Position numbers and translations under genes: made by a program. A stretch of 62,414 nt of DNA, filler included. It is 11 parts of 11 records of this genome, joined end to end, with 100 filler letters (N's around TTAATTAATTAA, not from the genome) between each part and the next. Parts side by side here need not be neighbours in the genome. Positions count along the whole stretch, not along the records: positions 1 to 3,615 come from SRR7504441_8894; positions 3,716 to 14,842 come from SRR7504441_8895; 9 more parts are not named here. One strand, written 5' to 3'. Positions 1 through 11,800 of the stretch are shown piece by piece (position 1 is the stretch's first letter; the number at the start of each line of letters is the position of its first letter). The notes under the pieces are model-generated. The model was not told the origin of the DNA, did no database searches, and was given only the letters and a program-made list of their open reading frames with translations.

Positions 1-336
1 ATACGACGTGTATGAGTACCGGTGGCGTCCGACGACCGGGCGCCGCCAAATCGGCTCGGGGACAGGCACGTGATCCTGCCCAAGGACATCTCCAAGCAGG
101 TACCCAAGGGCCGGTTGCTCGACGACCAGGAGTGGCGGACGCTTGGGGTCCAGCAGTCCCGTGGCTGGGTCCACTACGCCATCCACAGGTGACGCCCCCC
201 TCTCTCAGGCTGACCCGGGGGCAGGCCGGAGCCTCACATCCTCTTGTTCCGCCGGCCGATCGGCACGGACCCGCGGACCGGCAAGGTACCGGCCGACTTC
301 CAGCCCAACGCTACAGCCGACGCCGACCTGGCTTGA
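1..336 (+). CDS. CKS1: Cyclin-dependent kinase regulatory subunit (CKS/Suc1), 5' truncated; absent from the ORF track because of introns
   Basis: Removing GT-AG introns 22-65 and 189-224 gives [59 protein letters not shown], the canonical CKS signature; stop TGA 334-336. Confidence 0.97.
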
Positions 337-645
337 AGTCGGCCCGATGGGCAACGGGGAAGAGGGGGGGTGCGGCTGGCTGCACGGCGGTGCAGCGGGG
401 TTGGCGAGCATAGAAGCTCCAGCTCCGCGTTTTGTAGGCCTTTGGGCATCACTGAAGCTGATTCTGGTTCCAGACATCAATGTCGGTAAGGCTTCAATCA
501 GACGTACGTAGTAGTACGATTCTATAAGTATTAGTAGACCAATTATATAAACAAACAACCGTGAACAGATGTGTCTATGTAATGAAAAATGCGCCCCTTA
601 CACCAACATGCTTCAAAGGGCACCAGCAGCTGCGTACGAGTGCAA

Positions 646-2123
646 TCAGCCGACTAGCGCCTGCAGCAGCTCGAGCTCATCTTGGAGCTCCTCGCCGGCC
701 GCCTGCCCGAGCTCGCCCCGTCGCATCCCCGGGGGGCGCCTGCGCGACTGAGAGTCGGGCCTCCACCTGCTGCATCACCTCCGGGTCCAGCTCGCCTGTG
801 CCTGCCTCGCCCCGAGCCCGATGCGTGCGACACCAAGCAGGCCGAGCAGCTGGGCAGAGCCGAGTCTATTGTTCGTGTCCTCGTCGCCTGCACCCCGCAT
901 CAGCCCGACAGACGCGCCCCGCACCGAGCAGTCCCGCCGCCAGACCCGCCGCCCCGGCCTCTCTCGTGATCGCCACGTGTCGGTCGAGCGTTGCTTGGTC
1001 GCGCAGCTCGGGGTTGGGAGAGAGTAGAAACACCTGAGTGCATGTTGCTCAGCCGCTCGGCAGCAGCGCACCAGCAGATACAGACACTTGGCAGTGTATC
1101 GCGGCTGCGGCTGCCTCAGTCCTGACCGCAAGCTCAGAGTGTCGCCAGGTGGTACACCGTTAGTGAGCACGAGCAGTCCATCTCCGCAATCCACAAACGC
1201 GCGCTCGGCCTCGCGGCAGTTGCGGACCAGGCACGAGACCTGAACCAAGATCGGGCTGCCCGCTGGTGGGCCGCACCGCCAGTGTGGCCTTGAGCCGGGT
1301 GGCGGGGTCGGGGTCATTGACGGCCTGCACACACAGCTCACCAGCAGGAGCCGGCGGGCAAGTCCGACCATGTGAGTGACGTACGCCAGCGCCCCCAACT
1401 GGAGCAGCGCGGCCTGTGGGCGCCGTCAGCCCCGGGCCGGTCCGGGCGCGCCTGGCAGTAGGGATTGTTCTGAGCGCACACTGCAATCACTTGGGCTGCG
1501 CCCGACCGGAACAGCTGAGCACCGGACTCAGGCCGGGCGGCCAGGTGGACGGGCACCGGGAGGTCGGACCGGAGCATCTCGACCAGCGGCTCGATCTTCC
1601 CCATCTTGACCTGATTGCCGACTGAGCCGGGGGGGCCGGGCGGGGCACCAGGTTTGATGCGGCGTCTAGGTTCTCAACGATCTCGGTCAGGTTCTCGAAC
1701 TGATCACGAGCCTGGCCCAGCATCGCCCCGCCCAGCCCCGCGCCTCGCGCCTCATCCCCCGCTGGCAGTCCACCGGCTGCCCCCTCGACCAGCCGGTCCA
1801 CCGCCTGCCTCGGTCCAGTGACCGGCCGCAGCCTGCCGCGCGGACCTCGGCCATCAGCTTGGCCTCGTCGACCACCAGCTCCTCCATCGCCTGCCCCGCC
1901 GCTCCCCGGGCCCCGCGATGCGCCGGCCGCCTTCTCGAGCCACTGGCGCTTCTCTGCAGACATCTCGGTGGCCGCCGATTGGCCGGTGCCGTCCTAAGGC
2001 CGGCTGAGCAAGCGGGGGGCGGGCGGCACCTGGTAGGCTAGCGACCATTTGAGCAGTCCTAGCCACTCGCCTGCCCCCGGGCTGAGCTCCCACCCCCGCC
2101 GCCCTCCCACCCGGTGCACTCAT
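646..2123 (-). CDS. FES1: Hsp70 nucleotide exchange factor Fes1/HspBP1 (armadillo repeats), multi-exon
   Basis: Exon pieces WLGLLKWSLAYQ, DGTGQSAATEMSAEKRQWLEK-AMEELVVDEAK, EIVENLDAASNL, AAQVIAVCAQNNPYCQ, TRLKATLA-VSCLVRN match Fes1/HspBP1 motifs; ATG 2121-2123, stop 646-648; not every junction resolved. Confidence 0.9.
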
Positions 2124-2202
2124 TTCTCGTCGGTGGTTCGGGTGGAGCAACCACACGGCGAAAGTCGCGCACTCGGCGCACCTCCGGCCAGGGCGGGGGA
2201 GG

Positions 2203-3615
2203 ATGGAGGCGATCGAGCTTTCCAGTGGCGAGGACGAGCCTGCACGCGCGAGCCTTGTAGTCGAGTTGTCCAGCGAGGACGAGCAGGCTGAGGCGGTGCG
2301 CACCGAGGACACACTGACCATTGGGCTCCGCTCGCCGCAGGGCACTCTCAAGCTCCAGGTCTGCGCTGGGCATACAGTGCGATGGCTGCGCCGGGAAGCG
2401 GCCCAGCAACTCGGGCTGGCCAGCAGCTCTGTTCCGCTGCTGCAGATGGTAGCCAAGCCGGGGGTGGTGCTCACAGAGGACAGCACCATGGCTCAATTAG
2501 GAGTGCGCAGGGGCGACGTCTTCAATTGTGTGCTCGACCGCAGCAGTCCGGCCGGCGATCCAGTGCCGGACCAAGCGCGGCCGGCCGATTCCCCTGGACG
2601 CCGTGGCCCGATGGCTAAGAAACGAAAGCAGCGGGGCCAGACGTCGCCTGTGTCGAGGCCCAAGATGCAGCAGGGCGAGACGCGGACTGGGCCGACTCGA
2701 GAAGAACTGGACCGAGCAAGCCCGGCGCCCAAGATGACCAGTCTGCTTGTATACCTGTTTCCACAATGCTCCAAGTCCGCACTCAACAAGTGGAGAGTAG
2801 CGCATCTAAAGCAGCACCCAGGATGTGGACTGATCTCTGTGGTCGAAGCTTGCGATGACGCCCGCGAAGATATGGCAGTGAAAAAGCACAAGCCCACCAG
2901 TGACAGTGATAGGATCACCGCATGGCGAATGCAGCACGACGGGCTGGCCGAGGAGAACTTTGGAATGACGTGGCAGGAGCTCGCATACATCGAGGCGAGG
3001 CTGAAGGCCCGGGGGCAGCAGCGAGAGTTTGAAGAAGGTCTGGCTAATATCGGCGCAGTAGACGATGAGAGTGGGATCGCTTGCAATGTGTGCGGCGACT
3101 GCTTTGCTCTGGAGGACTCTGTGCACTGTGAGGGTAACTTACTGCTTGAAACTGTCTGTTAGGCTGCATTGGACAGGTGACCAGATCCACTTCATTTGCA
3201 AACCGTGCTTCAGAATGTATGCCACAGTAACCATGGAGAGCGGCGATCACATGTCTGTGCCGTGCATGATGCCAGCGTGCGGCGCCCTGTTTGCTGGCGC
3301 TACGGCTGCTCGTGGTCTGGGAGGGCTTGATATACTTATCATGACTGAGAGACAAGCTGCACTAAACCAGCGAGTGGCGCTCGCCGGCAAAGCGGTGCTG
3401 AAATGTGTATGTGGCACTGTTGGCGTTGTGCTAGCGGAAGATATGAACAACGGGCGTGTCGTCTGTCCGGGCTGCGCTCATGTGTATTGCGCCAAATGTG
3501 GGAACGACGACCATCCATTACAAGATTGCCCTCCGCCCAAAGGTCTCGCCATGCTTTTGTTCACGGTGATTGTGTTCACAGAGACAATTGCTTGGATGGA
3601 TAAGCACTCAAAGCC
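2203..3615 (+). CDS. RBR-type (RING1-IBR) E3 ubiquitin ligase with N-terminal ubiquitin-like domain, 3' truncated
   Basis: Ubl-like segment LTIGLRSPQG...DSTMAQLGVRRGDVFNCV; RING1 CNVC...HCEG/DQIHFICKPC...VPCMMPAC across intron 3134-3176; IBR KCVCG...CPGCAHVYCAKCGNDDH...C. Confidence 0.8.
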
Positions 3616-3715
3616 NNNNNNNNNNNNNNNNNNNNNNNNNNNNNNNNNNNNNNNNNNNNTTAATTAATTAANNNNNNNNNNNNNNNNNNNNNNNNNNNNN
3701 NNNNNNNNNNNNNNN
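3616..3715. other. Artificial contig linker
   Basis: 100-nt N-run with TTAATTAATTAA six-frame stop core. Confidence 0.99.
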
Positions 3716-4173
3716 ATCGCCGACAAGAAGGCCGCTGAGGCAGCTCTGCGGCATTTTAACGGAAGCCCGGCTTCTAATAACGACGTTACCAACGGTTACG
3801 AATCAAAATGGTTGCAGGCACTCACTCGTACGCGGGGCGGCACCCATCGCCAGGCGGTTCTCGGCGGGGATCTACTGCCCGCAACGGGTTAATTAATCTA
3901 CTAGCCGATGACGCCGATGACTCAATCGCCCGAAGTTTAATAAGTGCCTCAATCGTGCCTCAACATGTCACACAACACTCACAACCACAATGTCGCCTGA
4001 GCGCCACTCAGCGCCACCTTCAGCTGACCTAGAGCTAGCGACGCTAGCGCGTATACTTCTTGGTTATCTCCTGGAACTTGTCGACACACCGCTGGTACGC
4101 ACAGTTTGGACCGGCGATGGCGGTGACCTTGTAACGCGCGACCTTGGACGGCCACAGCCCTGGGGTGTTATCC

Positions 4174-4740
4174 TCAACGCTGTTCGGCTGCCACCAGGGC
4201 CCGCATGGTCCCCGAGAGCGAGTCTAGCCCTTGCCGGATGCACAGGGGCACCCCGTACTCGGGCCCGCTCGCCAGTCCCGGCCACGCCCCGATCCTCTCT
4301 CGGTCTTCCGGCCCAGCCGGCTGGCCGTTGCTCACCGGTACTCCCACAGCCCACACCCCGTCCGGCTCCAGCTCCACACGCAGCTCCGCGTGGCCGCGCC
4401 ACACCGCCGACTGCCCATCTGCCTCCTCCCGCCAGCCCAGCCGCTGGGTCTCCGCCACCGACCGGCCGGCGCAGCTGACCAGGAAGCCGCCGGCGCTGAC
4501 CGAGCGTGCGAAGCCCAGGTACTGTGTGCGGACCGCCTGGGTGAGGCTCCAGTCGGTGGGCTGGAACAGGAGCAGCTCTGCACGGGCCCGACGCAGCCCG
4601 CGGCAGCCCGAGACGGCGGCCACGCGCGTGCGGGCTGGGTAGTGGGGCAGGAGCCGGAGCACGGCCAGGACCAGGTCGGTGTCTTGCATAAACGACTGCA
4701 CTGCAGTCGACTGCCGGGCTGGTTCGTCGTCGGCTTGCAT
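4174..4740 (-). CDS. Hypothetical protein (weak F-box-like N-terminus); ends uncertain
   Basis: 188-aa ORF with protein-like composition; DTDLVLAVLRLLP...RVAAVS loosely resembles an F-box; divergent from ATG16. Confidence 0.4.
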   Translation of the reverse strand: MQADDEPARQSTAVQSFMQDTDLVLAVLRLLPHYPARTRVAAVSGCRGLRRARAELLLFQPTDWSLTQAVRTQYLGFARSVSAGGFLVSCAGRSVAETQRLGWREEADGQSAVWRGHAELRVELEPDGVWAVGVPVSNGQPAGPEDRERIGAWPGLASGPEYGVPLCIRQGLDSLSGTMRALVAAEQR

Positions 4741-4935
4741 GGGACGTTTCCTTCACCTTGGCCAACCGAACGGATCGTCTCTTCACCGCCTCCAGGGCCG
4801 GGGCGAGGAGCGTCTATTTAGAAGGACTTGAGTCGACCTGGTCGGACCGGTCCACCTGGCTCTCGGTGCCTCCAGATCTGCTTTAGGCCCAGCCCACTGC
4901 CCCCGCAACAGCCGCTCGAACACAGTCATTGCCAG

Positions 4936-6603
4936 ATGCTGGCAGCACTGAGGAGACGGGACGGCCAGGAGGTGGAGGCTTTCGCCCTGGTGATCCGGAG
5001 CTACGCAACGGTCCTGGCGGCCAGCACCGCGGCGCAGAAGCAGCTGGTCGAGCACCGGCGCCGGGCGGACGAGCTGCAATCGGCCAACGAGGCGATGCAG
5101 CATGAGCTGGGCAAGGTGGCGGACCAGGGCGGCCAGATCGTGGACACAGCCAAGGTCAACATGCTGGAGGATCGGATCGCCGAGCTTCAGCAGGAGCGGG
5201 GCGACTTGTACCAGAAGCAGGCTACGCAGAGCAACAGAATGCTCGAGATGAGCTCCGCGGTGGAGGACGCTGAGGCGACCACCCGCCGGTACAAGGATCA
5301 GATTGATGGGCTGCAGGACCAGATCACCGGCAAGCAGGCCGAGATCGCCCAGCTCAACAGCGCGCTCGACACGGTGAATCTGCAGTCGTCGGATTGGCAG
5401 AATAAGGCGGAGTTGCTCGGTGGGAACCTGGAGGAGTTGCGGGGCAAGCACGAGGAGCTCCGGCGGCTTCACGAGGAGCTGGTTGGCCGATGGGTGGCCA
5501 AGTCGGAGGAACTGGGGCAGCTGCATAACGAGCTGAACCAGGCCCGGAAGAAGCTGCAGGAGGACATCCGAGCCTTCCAGCTGTTGGAGGCAATGCGGAG
5601 AGACCAGGGGACAGCGGGAGAGGCAGGGGTGGACATTACAGCGAGTGGGATTGATAACGAGTTTTTCACTCCTTCAGGCTTCGCTCAGGTGCCAAAAACG
5701 CTCAAGACTGTGCTGAAGGCGCACACTAAGGACGCGTATATGGTATCGTACAATCACAACACCGGGGCTCACTTCACCAGCTGTGGGAGTGACAAATACC
5801 TCAAGGTGTGGCAAGTGATGGGCTTGCGCGAGGGCGGCGAGAACCACACCATACGCCAGCCGCAGGCCGTGCTCTCAGTGGCCTGGTCGAGCGACGACAG
5901 TATGTTGATCACGGGCGGTGCAGACAATTCTGTCCGGCTTTACCAAGCCAACACAGGCAAAGAGAAAAGGGTTTACTCCGGACACCGGGACAAGGTGTAC
6001 AACGCTAAATGCTTCCCGGATTGCCACCACGCGGTGTCGGTGTCGCACGATCGTTCTGTCAAGTATTGGGACTTGGACTCGTCTGGTCGCTGCCTGAGCA
6101 CCTTCCTGAGCACCTCGATGATCAACGACGTGGACGTGCCCCGGGACGGGATGCTGGCTTGCACGGCCCACTTTGATGGCTCGATCCGCTTCTTCGATCC
6201 TCGAACCAAGCAGGAGGTGCAGAAGATGCAAGTCCACGAGAACCATGTCAGCTCGGTCAGCTACCTCCCGGACTCGTCTAGACTTGTCACGGCATCGAGA
6301 GACAACGCACTCAAGCTCATCGATGTCCGGATGTACGGCGAGCTGTGCGCATTGCGCTCCCCGGAGTTTCGGAATAGTTCGTCCAATAACAAGTGCGCGG
6401 TGTCGCCGGACGGCAAGTATGTGGCTGCTGGCTCCCAGTCGGGCGCTGTGCTGATTTGGGACCTTCAGACCTCCGAGCAAGTGACCAGCTTAATCGGAGC
6501 TGAGTGCCCCAAGGAGCAATCCTATTCGTGCTCGTGGTCGCCCAACGGCCAAGAACTAGCGATGAGCGATCGGGCTGGCAACTTGGTGATTTGGACTTGC
6601 TGA
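4936..6603 (+). CDS. ATG16: Autophagy protein 16-like (ATG5-binding helix, coiled coil, WD40 propeller)
   Basis: N-terminal LAALRRRDGQEVEAFALVIRSY resembles the ATG16L1 N-terminal helix; long coiled coil; seven WD40 repeats ending LVIW; start codon uncertain. Confidence 0.9.
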   Translation: MLAALRRRDGQEVEAFALVIRSYATVLAASTAAQKQLVEHRRRADELQSANEAMQHELGKVADQGGQIVDTAKVNMLEDRIAELQQERGDLYQKQATQSNRMLEMSSAVEDAEATTRRYKDQIDGLQDQITGKQAEIAQLNSALDTVNLQSSDWQNKAELLGGNLEELRGKHEELRRLHEELVGRWVAKSEELGQLHNELNQARKKLQEDIRAFQLLEAMRRDQGTAGEAGVDITASGIDNEFFTPSGFAQVPKTLKTVLKAHTKDAYMVSYNHNTGAHFTSCGSDKYLKVWQVMGLREGGENHTIRQPQAVLSVAWSSDDSMLITGGADNSVRLYQANTGKEKRVYSGHRDKVYNAKCFPDCHHAVSVSHDRSVKYWDLDSSGRCLSTFLSTSMINDVDVPRDGMLACTAHFDGSIRFFDPRTKQEVQKMQVHENHVSSVSYLPDSSRLVTASRDNALKLIDVRMYGELCALRSPEFRNSSSNNKCAVSPDGKYVAAGSQSGAVLIWDLQTSEQVTSLIGAECPKEQSYSCSWSPNGQELAMSDRAGNLVIWTC

Positions 6604-7001
6604 AGGCTACAATAACTAATCCGGCAAGGGACTGGTGATCTCGACGCTTGAGGGGCCTACTCTTACGCAGGGCAAGTGATTAGTAAGACTAAGTAAGGCT
6701 TAGTGATGATTAGTGCCGCTCGGGTGTACCTCCAGGGGTGTACCTAAATTTGTAAGCTTACATGTATTTGAATTTGTGCGCGTTCTCATTCAGGACTTTT
6801 CATTCATTTTGAAAATATTAGTAAATGATTGCATTATCACTTTAGGCTTGGGCACTGGTTAGACCTCTAGAGTTATACTGCGTAATCACAATTGTTACAT
6901 TGAACACTGATTTGTAATGTCAAACCGGTCGATTGAAAGAATTATGGTGCCACATGCGCTCATGGCAAAATGCTTGTGAACAAGTCGAGGTGCTGAGGCG
7001 G

Positions 7002-8737
7002 CTAGGCGCCCCGGGTGGAGCCTGTGGGTGGCGGCGAGATCAGTCTAGGCAGCGACGGTCGGTTACGATAGTGCTCTTCCCATTTGCCGGCAGTCATCTC
7101 CTTAACCGACTGCTGGCACTGCTGCATGCTAGCCGCAAGCACCGCCGCTTTGGCCGATTCAGGCGTGTCCGTGGGCTCCACCGGCGTGAGAGGACTGGTT
7201 GAGACGAACGCAGCCCAGGGCGAGACTGACGGCCCTGAGAGCATCCGACCACTTGGGGTGGCTTGCAGGCCCATCGGCGACAGCTGCCACCCGACGACCC
7301 TTAGAGCCGCATCGGAGGCCCACCGACCTGGCTAGCCGGGCCCGCCGCCCGCTCGCGGTCGCACGCCGCGGCCGCCACCCGTAGCTCTCCGATACTTGCT
7401 TCGACCGTCTTGGCGCTGCCCCAGGCACTCAGCCGCGGGCCGCAGCACACACGCACTCTGAGATGAGCTCCGCGCTGAGCTCGGACAGCTCGGCCAGCGC
7501 TTGCTGCTGCTCGGCCAGCGCTTGGGCGTGCTGTCCTGGGGCCGGGCAGAGGTAGCTTTTCTCTGGCTGTCGGCCCTCCAAGCGATCGAGCGTGCGGCTG
7601 AGAGTTTCGAGCGAAGCGTTCCAACGATGAACCTGGCTGGCTAGGTCCACCTCCGGCGCCCCAAGCGGCTGGGTCTCGACCACAGTGCTCGCCTCCAGCA
7701 CGTATCTCGGCTCGGGGTGAGCAATCATGTCTGCCAGCGCGCCTGCAAGCGGGTCAGCCCACTCCGTGCGATCCGGGCACCGGCGCTGGCCTGCGCACGG
7801 GCCTGCTCCTGGCTGAGAGAGTTGAGCACCTCGCAGTTGGCGCTCATCAGCGAGCTTCGCTGCAGAGCGGCCATTTCGTTGTAAATGTTAGGGTCGGTCT
7901 GACCAGCACCGTCAGCAGCCTTCCGAGCAAGCTCGCGCCTGTGCCTCTAGTTGCTTGCTCTCCTGGGCGATCGATCGCCGCTTCTCTACCAGCGCCCGGT
8001 ACCGATCATTCAGCCGCGAGGCGGCCGCTTTGCGCTGGATCCGGAGCTCGGAGAGGTGGTCGGTCAGCCGGACAAACTTATCAGACTCGACCGCCACCTT
8101 TGCCTGCGCCACGGCCTCGTCTCCGGGCCCGGGTGCGGGGCCACCTTGGCGGTGCGAAGCAGCAGCCGGGCGTGCGGCACGTGCGACGGCTCGAGCAGGA
8201 GCGGGGGCGGCAGATCAATCTCAGGGAACTCCTGACGAGCCTGATGCTCCAGCACGTGGGTGGAGAGCACACACAACGGATAGTACAGCCTGCGCCCAGC
8301 GTGACCAGCCGGCAGCCGCTAGCGCGCACCGCTCGCCGCAGTCGTCCAGACTGCTCTTGCGGAAGGTGTTGCTAGGAATGTGCCGCTGCTCCTGGAGCAG
8401 GTGGAGCAGCTGGTACGCCTTGGTCTTGAACTCGCGCATCCGGCTCTTGTCGTTATATACAGGGAAGCAGGTCCGGAACTCCTGCCCCGGGTCCGTGTCA
8501 GAGGCGCCCTGGCGGAGCGGGCACCTTGGGCGCCTGGTCGGGGAAGCGTTTGCCGAGCAGAAAGTTGAGCACCACCTCGAGCGCCGGCGAGTTCCGCGTG
8601 AGGAAGGCCGACTCGGTCAGCTCTAGCGAGTGGCGCCGGGACTCGGCCGCCGGGTCAAACCCGAGCAGCAGCATGTTGGTCCAGTGCGTCCGGGCCAGCC
8701 CACTGGCAGGCCGCGCTGCGGCCGCTGGCTGGGCCAT
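7002..8737 (-). CDS. HAUS6: HAUS augmin-like complex subunit 6, multi-exon; 3' end approximate
   Basis: HWTNMLLLGFDP...NSPALEVVLNFLL...FRTCFPVYNDKSRMREFKTKAYQLL...RKSSLDDCGER...LCVLSTHVL matches the HAUS6_N domain; coiled-coil exons follow. Confidence 0.82.
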
Positions 8738-8870
8738 CACAGCGCAAGCGAGCGGGTCGGAGCGGGGCCTTTTGGATCAAACCCTGCTTCTTCCTCGACT
8801 TCCGTTGACAGTGCCAACGGCAACAACCGCCTGCCAGGCCTGCGAGGGGCTCTCGGCGCTTCGTGCAGCG

Positions 8871-11800
8871 ATGCGGGGCTCGACCCGGCTGTCCCGGGGG
8901 GGCAAGACGGCCAAGCGCGGGACGCGCCGTCGGCCGGCTCCAGCCGCGGTGGCGGTGGAGCTATCGCGGGAGGAAATCAGTTTCCACCAGGAGTACCTGG
9001 ACACGCCGGGAGGCTCGCTGGTCAGACAGGTGGGACCGCCCTGCCCCCCCGGGCTTACCGGCGGGGGTCGCAGGAGGTGGTGGCGCACCCGCGGCTGCCG
9101 CTGATGGCCTGGGCCGACGGCGAGATACCGGGTTCGGGTGTGTTGATATGCCGGATGGCGGACGGAATAGGATCGTTCAACCCGTTTAGCTGCCACACCA
9201 GCTTGTCGGCAGAGCAGCGGATCGAGGCGTCGGCCTGCGACGCCGGGGCCTGGGGCCGGCTGCTCGAGGGTCAGACCGTCACTGCACTCTGCTGGGGCTG
9301 CTGTCACACGCTGTTCGCGGCCACCCGGAGCGGGATAGATATGCTCCGACTGCGCGGTGCCGGCCCAGGGCGGGCGGCGGCGGCAGCGTGGGGGGGCAGG
9401 CACCACCTCGCGGGCGCAGCTGTCGACCAGCAGCTGGGTGGAGTACCCCAAGCGCGGCGGGATGTTAAAGGTGCCACGACTAGCCCGCCCTCACCGCCCC
9501 CTGCCTGGCTCACGCCGCCGGGCAGGTGTACAGCGGTTTTGGGATGTGGAGCTCCCGGTACGTCCAGCTCAAGACCAACCAGCTGCACGTCTTCAAGAGC
9601 AAGGGCGACAAGGCGCACGAGAGTCTGATCCCTCTGGTCGGGGGCAAGGTGGAGCGCACCAAACCAGATACACTGCTGGTGCCGGCCTTGCCCTCCCCGG
9701 CGCGAGCCGGCCGCAGGTGTCAGCCCGGCCGCAGCTCGGGCAGTCTGTCGAGCTGTACGACCCTTCACCGCCTGTGATTGAGGAGTGGCTCGAGACAATT
9801 CAGGTGCTGCAGCCTCGCCACACTCGGCCAGCCCGCTCTCAGGCCAGTCTCACCGCCGAAGCCGAGCACAACACCCGCGTCAGCTCGAGCGAGCGGATGG
9901 CGGCCTCGCGCGCCGCAGAGGAGCTCTCGGCTGCTGTATCCGGTGGCGATAGACTGACCAGACCCTTGTGAGTGCTCGTGCCAGGTGAGCTGCACCGATT
10001 TGCGCGGACGCTAGACTGCCAGTGGTACTCTGTAGGCAAAGTGCGCTGCCTCTCCCGTCCCCGCTGACCCTCTGGCCGCAGCTGGTGGCTGAGCCCGGCG
10101 TGACGTTTGATGCGCTCACTTCGGCCCCACTTCGGCCGTGCCCGTCACACCAGCTGGGCACTCCCATCGCCACAGACTCCCTGGTACTCGGAGTGACCAG
10201 CACTGGCGCGCTCCGGCTCTGGGCCGTAACCGCTGTCCCGCCATCTGAGCCGAGTGTGGTAGAGTTCTGCCCTCCGAGTGCCCCGGGACCGGCCACGGTG
10301 GTCGCAGCGATTCCACAGACGACTCTCACGTGTACCGATCCGCGGCTGCCGATGGTGGCGGTCGGGTATCTGGACGGGTCTGTCGAAGTGCACACGATTG
10401 CCGGCCCGTCGACTGAGTTTGACTCAAGCTGGGAGCCACTTACTCTCTGGTGTCGGTTCAATGCAAATGGACACGGGGCAGCCGTGACCCACCTGTCCAT
10501 GGCCTCGTGCTTCAGGCTGGCCGTGGTGTGCACCGACGCGCCCGACGTGGTCCGTGTGTTCGAGGCCGAGTCCTCGCTCGAACGGTTTGAGAAAGAAGCT
10601 GAAGTGTGTGCTCCTCTCGTTGTCGAGGAGCCCGACAGCGCGCCAGGCACGCCCAGCTCTCAGCCGGAAGGCTGCTCGGAGCCGTTCAGCCACAGCGTGA
10701 CCACCATCCAGTGGCTGCAGGTGCCGGGCTGGCACTCGGCGCTCTCAGTCACCTCGGGAGGGGTGGTCGAGCTGTTTCAGAGGCAGGAGCTTAACGGCAC
10801 AGGCCAGATGGACACGTTCGGGCGGCGGGTGGGTGAGACTCTGGGTATGGTGGCCGGGAGCAGCTGGACATGGGGCGGGGTGTGCGTGTGTGCGGCCGAG
10901 GGAAACCTGTACGCTAGGCCAGCCCCGCGCGGCGTGGTGGAGCAGATGGACCCGTCGAGTGACCTCCCGGTATACCACCCCGGCATGCTGATCGAGCTGG
11001 TGGCTCTCGGGGCCCGGAACGTGGCCAACGCGGCCATCCGGCACATGTGCGACATTCACCAGCAGTGCTGCCACCAGGGCGAGTCTGAGCTGCCGGCGGT
11101 AGACCTAATGGCCAAGCTGCAGCTGCCCACTGCCCAGCTGCTCGACAACGACGCGGCCCAGGCGCCTGTGGTTGCTTTGGACAGGCTGGAACAAGTGCTG
11201 GGGGCGCCGCACCCGGCCATGTTCCTGGCGTGCGGCTCGGATTGTCCGGTCTGGTTCCGGCTTGTGTTGAATGCGCTGCACGCGTCGAGTGGCTGCTTTG
11301 ACAAGCGGGCCTCAACGGCGCTGTTCTTCTTCTCGATGGCGACGCAACCAAATGTGACAGCCAAGTGGGGGGTGATCAAGCCGGACGGCGTGGTCAGCTC
11401 GCTGGCAGTGGCCTGGGCATTCCATGCCGGTGCGGCTGGTGTAAAGCTGGGCGTGATCGGAGGGGCAGGTGACCAGCAGGAGCTTGTCACGTTCGTCAAC
11501 AGCAGTCCCATTGTAACTCAGACCTCGCCAGTTGGCAAACCCAAGCCCAAGAGGCACATCCACTCGTCCAGGTCAGCCAGCCGACGGCCTTCAACTCTGA
11601 CATGCGTGTGCCACAGGTCTTCTCTGCGCTTGTCCGCAGCAATTGGTGCGTCGGGTTCCCAAGCTCCCTCGATCAAGAATCACTCTGCAATCACCGAGCT
11701 TGGCCCGCTCGACCCGCTCGAAGGCTTCTCGCTCTCTCCTGTCAGCACGCCCACAGGAGCTGAATCTCCTCTGGGGTCGCCGAGCTCTCTACGGATGCGA

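Noticed and set aside
12-558. ORF-track proteins at the window start
   Set aside because: Region is explained by spliced CKS1 and its 3' UTR
4783-5526. Long antisense and alternate-frame ORFs (also 38021-38623, 39141-40073, 49319-50272, 57118-58041)
   Set aside because: Shadows of real genes caused by high GC and codon bias; no motifs
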